Positions 1 through 8,408 are shown, counted from the first letter of the stretch. The stretch: DNA of 64,000 nt from Synechococcus sp. (GCA_047285535.1 JBJBDC010000001.1:1728136-1792135), one strand, 5' to 3'. Notes: a model not told the origin generated them from the sequence alone. Numbers and translations: made by a program.

Positions 1-1
1 C

Positions 2-226
2 CATCAAACAAACCTTTTCCCACAAGGGTTGGGGCCACAGAAGCAACCATCAGTCAAAGCAGCAAAAACTGATCCAATTCAAAACGCAAGGCCAAATGAC
101 AGCGAAACAAAAAGAAGTAAGCCCTTACAACTCACGAAAGAAGAAAGTTTTACGCCCAACAGATTCACAACAGAAAAAGAAGTAGGTTTGAGTTTAACGT
201 CTGCACCTTTAGACGGAAGTAATTAG
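2..226 (+). CDS. 3' end of a gene truncated by the window edge (hypothetical)
   Basis: Frame is open from position 2 (HQTNLFPQGLGPQKQ...) to TAG 224-226; hydrophilic, no recognisable motif. Confidence 0.4.
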   Translation, partial: HQTNLFPQGLGPQKQPSVKAAKTDPIQNARPNDSETKRSKPLQLTKEESFTPNRFTTEKEVGLSLTSAPLDGSN

Positions 227-465
227 CGAAGCAATGCGAGGTCTGCTCTACTAATGGTTGTGCTTTCAAAGGCCATGGCAATAATATTTTTCACTCGCTC
301 CTCAGACGAATAACAAAGATCATTAATAAAGTCTCCAATGGCTAGACAAAAAGAATCAGCTGTGTGTTCATCGCTAAAGAGATTGTGGAAGCTGATAATC
401 AGCAATCTCACTTCACCACTGCTAATCCAAGGGTGAAAGCGCCTTAGTTGATTTACACTGTCCAT
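223..465 (-). CDS. hypothetical protein (~80 aa)
   Basis: ORF from ATG 465 (MDSVNQLRRFHPW...); its stop overlaps the convergent gene's stop; no family recognised. Confidence 0.4.
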   Translation of the reverse strand: MDSVNQLRRFHPWISSGEVRLLIISFHNLFSDEHTADSFCLAIGDFINDLCYSSEERVKNIIAMAFESTTISRADLALLR

Positions 466-1170
466 TTGAAAACTACGCAAGTTAACGAAATAAAGCGAAG
501 GTCTACTTGATGTCTTTAATAGGTTGAGTCAAGGTGTACAAAAACACTTTTAATCCCAAACAATCACCCAGGCTTGCTATTGGATTCAAACTGCGTTAAC
601 CGTACAATACAGTCTTGATTTAAGAACACTGGGCTACAGTTGAACCTCATGGACACTAAGGGAAGGATCCCTTGACATCGATCAGAAGAGTCAGCAAGCC
701 CTGCCTAAAAGAGTTGAGCTGCATGGACCATTACATTGTCAGATGGAAATAACGATGTGGGCTTTTCCTACACAATCCAGCAAATAACCGCCTGAGCTGG
801 ACTACAACAAGCCCAAAACAGAGAGTTACTTGATGACGAGCAGTGGAACCTAATGCATCCAACAGATTAACAAACAAGCCTCAAGACAGGATTAAAGTTT
901 TCACCGTTCGGCTTTCCATTCACCGATCTAACAATCACGCATTCGACCTCCATTGGCATGGGTTATCGCTGTGTACTGCACCTAAATCTTTAGAGGCGCT
1001 GTCAATCAACAATCAATCAATTAAGGACCACTAGCCAGAGCAGGACATGAATTCATCCAAGAGGACGCAACGAATCTTTCACATCATCCTTTTTAAATGT
1101 TGACGACTACTGCTGTCATCAACATCATTGTCAGTGGTTGATGAGTAGGCATAGCAAGCGCAAGTCCTTC

Positions 1171-1409
1171 TCACACGTGAGGGAAGTTCGTCAGTTCATC
1201 CCAGTGACCCCAGTGGATCAACCCTTGATCAACGCCTGAAGACTGGAACATCCCATGGAGCTGGGATCACATTCCTCACCTTCAAACACATGGCCTGAGC
1301 AATCGACCATGCATCATCACGCCTCCAGTCATCCTTGACTGCATGCTCGAGGTCTTCTCCGTCTCGGATGATCACGAGGTCACCCGGTCTCAACGCTCAA
1401 GCTAATGAA
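1171..1409 (-). pseudogene. frameshifted DUF3104-family remnant
   Basis: Pieces across shifting minus-strand frames read FISLSV / RPGDLVII...DAWSIAQAM / VFEGEECDP / GMFQSSGVDQGLIHWGHWDELTNF*, colinear with the recalled DUF3104 pattern FLxVxxGDxVIV..WWMAxV..EGGxRDP...FQVADVDxGxIxWVNADxVT. Confidence 0.6.
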
Positions 1410-1479
1410 GGCGTTGATCTTCTCGCTGAGCTCCAAGCCAACGGGAAAGCGCTGCAAGGCAAAATCAGTCAGCAGGATT

Positions 1480-1513
1480 GCAAGAGCAAGAGCAAGAGCA
1501 AGAGCAAGAGCAA
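1480..1513. repeat. hexanucleotide microsatellite (GCAAGA)5 plus GCAA
   Basis: Read directly: g caagag caagag caagag caagag caagag caa. Confidence 0.95.
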
Positions 1514-1560
1514 TGATGAACACGATGACAGGAATCAACACCATTGCAGGACCCTTGCCA

Positions 1561-1860
1561 GCGCTCAACACTCCATGGGCAACACCAAAGCAAACTCCAG
1601 CTGTGACGGGATAGAGAAGACAGCAGCAAAGGCAGCAGCCTGATCCAGCACAAGGTTCTGGCGATCGACAATCAGCTGTTGATCACCGATCACAGCCATG
1701 GGACAGCAACTGCTGTCTACACCACTTGTGAAACAGGGCTTGCGATTCACGGAACGAACAGCGCAAGGGACTTCACCCTGGAAGTGGATCAGATTTGGCG
1801 ATGCCTTTCTGGGTAGTCATGGCACGGATCCGCCACAGCCTTGAAAGGCAGTGTTTCAAG
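1561..1860 (+). pseudogene. frameshifted C-terminal remnant of a phospholipase D-like (HKD; ComA-type) protein
   Basis: 1640-1798 reads LIQHKVLAIDNQLLITDHSHGTATAVYTTCETGLAIHGTNSARDFTLEVDQIW, a gapless match to the recalled cyanobacterial PLD domain LHHKFAVIDNxxVITGSFNWSxxAxxxNDETLLVIxSxxLAxHFTREMDRLW. Flanking frames give NTPWATP upstream and DAFLG / MARIRHSLERQ downstream. Confidence 0.65.
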
Positions 1861-2222
1861 TTCAAGATTTGGGGTGAAATGAAGACAACCGATGAGAACA
1901 ATATTGAGCTTGAGAAGTTAACGAGCTCAAAGGAAGATATGCAATCAGTGCAATAATTCCGATTATCTTGAAAAATTAAATAGTAAGCCTTAGCGTCGCA
2001 GGTGTCACACGTAACACTCGAGATCCATCAAAACACCAACCAGCACAGGTATCCCCTGCAAAGGGAGAGCAATGGATTGGCCCTAAAGCGCAAGACTTGG
2101 GTTGAATACGCAACGTCCGCTCCGAAGCTCTCACTATCAAATCAAACAATCCATGATTGAAGAGTGCGTTTGCCACCTCAGGGTAATCGCATTGGGGAGG
2201 ACAAGGCATTGTCTTCCCCTCC

Positions 2223-2259
2223 AAAAGGAAAGAGAGGGCTAGCGCCCTCTCTCGTTTTT
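2223..2259 (-). terminator. intrinsic terminator of the peroxidase gene (possibly bidirectional)
   Basis: Hairpin AGAGAGGGC-tagc-GCCCTCTCT (2231-2252) with T-rich tails on both strands, ~40 nt after the stop at 2294. Confidence 0.8.
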
Positions 2260-2293
2260 AAAAATAGTCCAGCACTTTTAGGAAATCAATCGG

Positions 2294-5200
2294 CTAGATA
2301 ACAACGAAACCCCCTTGGCCTATTTCAGCATCGTCAATTGACGCTGATGTGTTGTGGGCAAACAGATTGTTTGCCCTCCACGGATTAACCGGAGTTTCCT
2401 CCCAGAGGGTGGCAATATTCGCAAAAGCAGCACCAACACGCTCATAGATTGCATTATTAGGTTCTAAAATATATGGATTACCTGGATCAATATTGGCATT
2501 AATACGCACCTCACCTAGACCTGGTACAAAACCATTTAAGTAATCAACGTTGTTAATGGAATCAGGATCAAATGGTTGTTCTTCGGTATAGATACCTGTA
2601 ATAGCATCTGTTAAAGAAAGTTTTGATTTCTCTTGCTCCAGCTCCAGCTCCTCCGGAGTTTTAGCGTTAAATTTCACTGTGGTCTTAAAGACATCTTCCG
2701 AAAATCCAGAGTCAATGTAGTTACCAGAGGTGGACCTTGTGGAATTTCTGGCGATAACATCTTCCAACGGACTCAAAGTGTGATTCCAAACGCCTCCTCC
2801 GAGACCATCCAAACTGTTGAGGTAATAAGCAGAATCACCATCCTGGAATCGATCAAGCTGCTCCCATACAATCGCACTGGCGAGATCGCCCAGGAGATGA
2901 TCACCTGAAGGCGCTTCAGCCAACATGAAATTCCATACATCAACATTCCCTAAACCATTATTCCCTAATGAAGAGGAGTCCTCCTCAATTTTTGCATTTG
3001 CAGCTTCTACACGAGCTTCAACCGTGTCTCCTGCCAAGGAATCATCGTAGATACCCATGAAGCCTGCTAAAAGCTCATTCTTTTCTTTAAGCGTATTACC
3101 ACGCAATCTTGATCCAAAATCGTTCCAATCCTTAAAGGGCCTTAGAGCCTTATTACCAACAAAACCATAATCCAAGCCAGTATCATCATCAGTACCATAC
3201 ACGCCATCTGGGCCAAGGATTCCATGGGTTACATCACTACCATTCTTTAGATTTAATGGTTTATATCCTGCCAACAAATTGCCCTCAGAATCTACTTGGA
3301 GATCACCATTTTCATCAAGACCAGACAACGACTTCAAGAGATCTTGTGCATTAGCTTGGCCCGTTTCTCTTGTCCTAAGGATATTAGCCGATTTCAGGTC
3401 TAATTTATTAGCAAGTAGATTACTCCTTACTACTTCGGAAACTCTTTCATTAACTTCTGCTGCTGTTACTTGCGTCATTCCATTAATAATGCCTGAGAAA
3501 CCAAAGGACTGGGCGTATTGAGGTGCAAGGAAAAGGTCAAAAAGATCACTACCAACGGTTAACAATTCCTGAATCTGAGAGTGACCATACCTATAACCAC
3601 CATTCGAAAATTCTTCAGCAACGGAAGGATCTACCAAAGGATTGTAACCATCCCACCCATGATCTCCAATTTTGGCGATATCTCCAACAAGCGATGGAGC
3701 GAACTGCTCATAGAGAATTTTCTGGTATGTCATCTCCACCATCCTTCTTGCCATATTGGCAACATCGTCAGTCGTAACACTGTCAAGATCTAAATGATAA
3801 TCTTCATTGAATTCTAGCTTTTCCTCTTGATTATTCTGTAATGCATTAATGGTTGAATTAATCCAATCCACCTGGAAAGAATGTTCTCGAGCCCAGAGTG
3901 TATGGAAGGTGGTTAAGCCTGCATTTTCATTGGCGCGCCAGTCACCACCAACCACATGGGACAGCAAAAGACCAGTTCCCCAATCCTCAGCATTGATTTT
4001 TGGTTGCAAGTTTTCTGACAAATCAATGACGTTGCCATCAAAATCTCTGACTGTTAAATGAGGCATTTCCTCTTTCAAAATAGCAAATGCATCGGCGATA
4101 TTATCGTCATTCTGATCTAATCCACGCATTGCACCTGATGTACGATCAGGTGCAAAGACCCGTGGTGAAATATCACCGATGATTGGATATCCTTCCACAT
4201 CATTAAAGTCAATAAAATTCTCATCTTGCGTAAGCTTGAGCCACAATGGATTTGGCCCAAATCGACCAGTAAAGTATTGATCCTTTGATTCTGCAGCGAA
4301 AATCTTTTTGATACGCTCTGGAGCCACACCATTATTCAGCAATGTGTCTGAATATGTAGGCAGGCTTTGTAATCCATCAGTTCCCACAGCAACCGATGAA
4401 AGCATCTTAGACGTTTTAAGAATATCAGCTGGTTTGGTTCGATCAGCGTCAATGAATAACTGATCCCTTATTGGATCACCGTTTTCATCAACACCTGAAG
4501 AGATTTTGTAATTTTTGATCGTAATACTTTTGCCGTTCTTTTGAACATCTCCCCTAACAATATCCCCAATCTCAACACCATTTGCTTTTTCATTGCGATA
4601 GACATTGCCTAACGGATCCCGATAGACAACAAAATCTCCATCTTCTTCATTATACCGAGCTGATTCCTTCAGGTAATAATTTTGCAGGTCAGTCGCGCCA
4701 TACAATTGATTATTCTGAATCAATGCTTCTGTTCGATTGCGATGAACAATTTTGTTCCGGTTCTCAGCATCTTTCGTGAGTAAAAGCTCTCCTTTAGCTG
4801 TAACACTATTATCGGAATTCACGTTAAACTCATAAAATCCAGCCTCCTTACCACCATTATTTTCTTCGTCAAAATAGGCTACTGTTACTAATTCGCCATC
4901 GTCGTTAACAATATAAAGTTCACCCCTGCCTCCAAGAATTCCTGTTTGTACAGGATTTTCAAATCTATTGGGATCCAATTGGCCTTGAAAATTGCGATTA
5001 AGTGGATCAAATGGATCATTTGGATCGACCTCAGTCGCTAAACCTTGACCAGTTGATGTTCGCGCCAAAAATGACATATTATGATCAGTATATTGACCAA
5101 AAGCCATGTGCAAAATGGAATAATCTAAAGCATTATCGTTAGCAGGAGAAGGCACATCTACACCAAGTATATTACTAATCTTTCTGACATTAGTTAATTC

Positions 5201-6259
5201 ACCAGTTTTTGAGTCAGTTAGAGCATTAAAGGGATCTATGAAAGTAGACACATTATTGACACCATACAAATCTCCTTGATAGCCTTTCGGTCGTCCAACT
5301 TGTTCAACAAGATCACCATCAATTTCAACTTTCCCCCATTCTGCGTCCGAGAGACGAATGAGAGAACTGTCCGATTTACCCCAATTTTCAGAGGCAATAC
5401 CCTGATAATTGGGATCTTCAACATTAAGACCTTTTCCTGTTAAACGACCCCCTTTAAATGTTCTAGATCCAGATCCATCAAAGACAAATTTTCCATCAGG
5501 TGAAGTAACAGGATCTTTAATTGGAGTATCGGGATCTGTATAATCCCCGTATTCGACATAGAAGGGTTTGTCTTGTACGATTTCAATTAATCTTGCAAAC
5601 AATTTCTCCATCCTCGAAGAAATTTTTCCGTCTTCTGGGAAAAATTCACCTAAATCATTGCTATAAATACTGGTACCGAATACCTTTACAGCTGCTTGAC
5701 CTACAAGTGCTGGATCTGTAGTTACTTGATCTTCAGTTTCTGCAGTTGCTTCAGGTTTTTGATATGCTGCAGGTACTATATATGCTTCAAGTGTTTGATC
5801 TCCTGCAGATACTTCATCTGCTTTAAATGTTTGACCGTCTTTAGGTGTTTCAGATGATTCATCTGCATCCTGAGTCTCAATGAATTTTTCATTATTTTTA
5901 AGAAACTTCCGAAGCGCTTTTCGATCTTTTTTATCACTCAAATCAATGTCGGAATTTTCTTCCAAATACGAAAGACCATAAGAATATTGATCTTCAAAAC
6001 CCCACTGAACTAAATACTTGTTGAGTTGTGAATTCTCAAAACTTTCTTTCCCTTTTGTAGACGAAGTTTCTTCCTTGGCGTAGTCCTCAAAGTCGATCGA
6101 CTCGTTTTTAATAACACCTTTTAACCACCTTTTATTTTGCTTGGTCGTTAAATCGAAAGTCCCTAGCTGACTAAGATAAAGACCTACATACTCAAAGTTG
6201 CCCTCAAAACCCCATTTTCCGAGCAGCTTATTCAACAGAATGGTGTTTGAAAATGCCAT
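2294..6259 (-). CDS. large animal-type heme peroxidase (peroxidase-cyclooxygenase superfamily), 1321 aa
   Basis: Motifs in canonical order: FGQYTDHN (distal His393), GDWRANE (Arg775/Glu778), HTLWAREH, YQKILYEQF, YNPLVDPSVAEEF..YRYGHS (proximal His893), DLKSANILRTRETG, VDVWNFMLAE, QLDRFQDGD. Confidence 0.92.
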   Translation of the reverse strand: MAFSNTILLNKLLGKWGFEGNFEYVGLYLSQLGTFDLTTKQNKRWLKGVIKNESIDFEDYAKEETSSTKGKESFENSQLNKYLVQWGFEDQYSYGLSYLEENSDIDLSDKKDRKALRKFLKNNEKFIETQDADESSETPKDGQTFKADEVSAGDQTLEAYIVPAAYQKPEATAETEDQVTTDPALVGQAAVKVFGTSIYSNDLGEFFPEDGKISSRMEKLFARLIEIVQDKPFYVEYGDYTDPDTPIKDPVTSPDGKFVFDGSGSRTFKGGRLTGKGLNVEDPNYQGIASENWGKSDSSLIRLSDAEWGKVEIDGDLVEQVGRPKGYQGDLYGVNNVSTFIDPFNALTDSKTGELTNVRKISNILGVDVPSPANDNALDYSILHMAFGQYTDHNMSFLARTSTGQGLATEVDPNDPFDPLNRNFQGQLDPNRFENPVQTGILGGRGELYIVNDDGELVTVAYFDEENNGGKEAGFYEFNVNSDNSVTAKGELLLTKDAENRNKIVHRNRTEALIQNNQLYGATDLQNYYLKESARYNEEDGDFVVYRDPLGNVYRNEKANGVEIGDIVRGDVQKNGKSITIKNYKISSGVDENGDPIRDQLFIDADRTKPADILKTSKMLSSVAVGTDGLQSLPTYSDTLLNNGVAPERIKKIFAAESKDQYFTGRFGPNPLWLKLTQDENFIDFNDVEGYPIIGDISPRVFAPDRTSGAMRGLDQNDDNIADAFAILKEEMPHLTVRDFDGNVIDLSENLQPKINAEDWGTGLLLSHVVGGDWRANENAGLTTFHTLWAREHSFQVDWINSTINALQNNQEEKLEFNEDYHLDLDSVTTDDVANMARRMVEMTYQKILYEQFAPSLVGDIAKIGDHGWDGYNPLVDPSVAEEFSNGGYRYGHSQIQELLTVGSDLFDLFLAPQYAQSFGFSGIINGMTQVTAAEVNERVSEVVRSNLLANKLDLKSANILRTRETGQANAQDLLKSLSGLDENGDLQVDSEGNLLAGYKPLNLKNGSDVTHGILGPDGVYGTDDDTGLDYGFVGNKALRPFKDWNDFGSRLRGNTLKEKNELLAGFMGIYDDSLAGDTVEARVEAANAKIEEDSSSLGNNGLGNVDVWNFMLAEAPSGDHLLGDLASAIVWEQLDRFQDGDSAYYLNSLDGLGGGVWNHTLSPLEDVIARNSTRSTSGNYIDSGFSEDVFKTTVKFNAKTPEELELEQEKSKLSLTDAITGIYTEEQPFDPDSINNVDYLNGFVPGLGEVRINANIDPGNPYILEPNNAIYERVGAAFANIATLWEETPVNPWRANNLFAHNTSASIDDAEIGQGGFVVI

Positions 6260-6742
6260 GACGATTTTAAAGGAGAATGAAAACGAGAGAATGAAAATCA
6301 GGTGATATTAAAGACAAAAAGGACGCAAACGCAAACAGAGAAATTGCAACCAATCTTGTCGATATAAAAAACTGAATGCAATTAAAAAAATGCATCAGAA
6401 AATCATGCCAAAAGGAAAGAGCATTAAAATCTGAATCCCAATGAAGACTGGGATACACCAATTAAAGCAATTACAAATCGAACATTGCGATGAACGCAAT
6501 CCTCAGAGCTCAATTTATAATTAAACAAATTTGATTTAGTCACAAGCACGTAAACATGCCGTGAGCTCATACATCTTTGTCCTAAAAAATTGCAACCAGC
6601 AATTACTCAGACAGCAAGCAATGATACAAGCCGTACTCAGAAGCTAATCAATAAAATCCTAACAAAAGTTTTAGCCTTCTTGGATAGAAGACACTGAAAA
6701 CATTCAGAATTAAATTGAATAGCGACACACAGCTCAAACGAA

Positions 6743-7032
6743 TGTGCAGGATATGCACAAGCCTCAGACGTTTAACCTGCAGGAGCAAATCAATGGCAAA
6801 ATTTTTTAAGCAAGAGTCAACCTCAGCATGACTCTAAAAGGATGTTCCAATGTTCAATAGGTCAAATCAAAAACAACGCCTTATTTGTTGACCTGGAAAA
6901 GTCAACAGAGTTGCCATCAGTCGGCAAATTCTATCCCTCAAATCCTCAGGAAGGATAACCACTTGCATTAAAAAACAAGTGCTTGGCGTGCCATAAAATG
7001 AACAATTGTGCATCCTATGCACAAGCCTCAGA
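6743..7032. repeat. two dispersed copies of a palindromic motif TGTGCA-N5-TGCACAAGCCTCAGA
   Basis: 6743 tgtgcaggatatgcacaagcctcaga; 7007 tgtgcatcctatgcacaagcctcaga; 17 identical nt, 264 bp apart. Confidence 0.85.
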
Positions 7033-7771
7033 AGTTCAATTCATGCAAAAAATGATTCAACGGCTATTTGGGCATAGGCAGTGAAGTAATTAATGTGTTT
7101 CTAACGTAGCCATGGAGGGTGACCATCGCGGGCAAGACCCCCAGTTATTACCAAATATTTACAATCTCGTAATCTTTGGCCATTGACATGCTTGTCAATG
7201 GTGAAACCGTTCAGAACGCTGAATCGTCACTCTCAATCCATGCACCGATCAGCTCTGCGCTTGTGCTCACAACCAGATCATCAAAGGGTCCAGGTGCATG
7301 GTTTCAGACATGCTCTTCATTCCCTCATCGCAACGGTCCTTGCTAAGCCGCCTTTTTTGCGGAGCTTCCCTCAAGATTCGTCTCCTGATCAAGGTCTTGA
7401 AGAAAGGATGCCTCTCAAAAGCCATGCCTCACGTGACCCTCCACCCCCTTCGGTCCTTCAGAGATTGGAACTTGTTCAGTGGCTGACTCGGCAACAAGCA
7501 GCACAAGTGTTCAGGTGTTGTGATCTTTTGCTCATACCAACAAAGAAGTCTGACTGACACACCCTTCAGCCCTCCTTGCTAGGGCCTCCACGGTTGACAC
7601 CGATCAGATCGAGAAGGGTGCGGGGCCAAGGCTCTCGGCAGAGATGAACTCACTGTTCGCGCGCGAGCAGATCCCTTGCGGAACTGGAAATTGACACGCA
7701 GCCACCTTGGCTAAAAAAACGCATCTCAACAAGCACTGCCTGCACTGCCATTCTCAGGTCAGAATGATGGA

Positions 7772-8182
7772 ATGACTTCTTTGCTGCCCTTTCGGCTATC
7801 GCCACTCCTGCTGGGCTTAGCGATGGCGGCTCCATGCGCTGTTCGCGCGCAATTGAAATACGTGCCTTTCCCTAGCAAAAGTGAATTGAGGTCCCTGCAG
7901 CTGCTCGCCTACGCCTGCTCTAGAGAAAACACTGCTGACAGCTGTGAACGCACGCGTGAGATTGCCAATCCGCTCATGGATCACCCCAGGCTGCCAGCGT
8001 CCTGCAAAGATACGGTCTGGGAGCTGCTTCAAGAGGCCAAAGCGGCCACAACCAATAGCTTTCAACGACGAGACGATATTGATCGCCCAGCCCGCAGGCT
8101 CACCGTCGTGTGCGCCGAACCTGAGCAACCAAAAGAGCAAAACAAACCCCCTTCCGGGCCTCCAACTCCTAGTCAAACGTAA
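7772..8182 (+). CDS. conserved exported hypothetical protein (4 Cys in the mature part)
   Basis: Signal-peptide-like N-terminus ending AVRA; LAYACSREN...C..MDHPRLP..CKD pattern typical of picocyanobacterial core hypotheticals. Confidence 0.8.
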   Translation: MTSLLPFRLSPLLLGLAMAAPCAVRAQLKYVPFPSKSELRSLQLLAYACSRENTADSCERTREIANPLMDHPRLPASCKDTVWELLQEAKAATTNSFQRRDDIDRPARRLTVVCAEPEQPKEQNKPPSGPPTPSQT

Positions 8183-8408
8183 ATTGCTTTCCAGGCATCA
8201 GCCGACTGAGCTCCTGCCTGATTTCCTGCATGAGCTGCGTGCTGATCAGTGGATGCGTCCGAAGCTCATTCACAAGCTCGTGCACATTGGCAGCCGTGAG
8301 CCCTTGGCTTGAAACCATGGTCTCCAATCGCTTCTTAAATGCCAGGAGAACCAGCTTTTGCTCTTCGCTCAAAGGTTGATCACTGGGGTGCCCGATCTTC
8401 ATGACCAT
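8169..8408 (-). CDS. hypothetical helical protein
   Basis: ORF MVMKIGHPSDQPLSEEQ...FTFD; start uncertain (track extends to 8480). Confidence 0.6.
   Translation of the reverse strand: MVMKIGHPSDQPLSEEQKLVLLAFKKRLETMVSSQGLTAANVHELVNELRTHPLISTQLMQEIRQELSRLMPGKQFTFD

Noticed and set aside
820..870. RELLDDEQWNLMHP, resembling an IS5-family transposase N-terminus
   Set aside because: Only ~12 aa, flanked by stops, with no downstream transposase similarity or terminal inverted repeats.
1025..1075. AGHEFIQED, resembling the alpha/beta-hydrolase GHFxQED motif
   Set aside because: Isolated short match with an extra residue and no other hydrolase motifs.
1335..1750. Overlapping 60-100 aa ORFs with poly-LA, SK, RA or CS tracts
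   Set aside because: The tracts are translations of the hexamer repeat; the region is better explained by the PLD and DUF3104 remnants.
1976..2224. 82-aa Cys-rich minus-strand ORF after the peroxidase
   Set aside because: TTG start lies within the terminator tail and no family is recognisable; not supportable, though not excluded.
6743..7032. Possible CRISPR mini-array from the twin palindromes
   Set aside because: Only two copies, 264 bp apart, and no cas genes in the window.
6267..7557. ORFs 6267-6461, 7183-7557 and 7298-7486
   Set aside because: Weak starts, atypical composition and no motifs.
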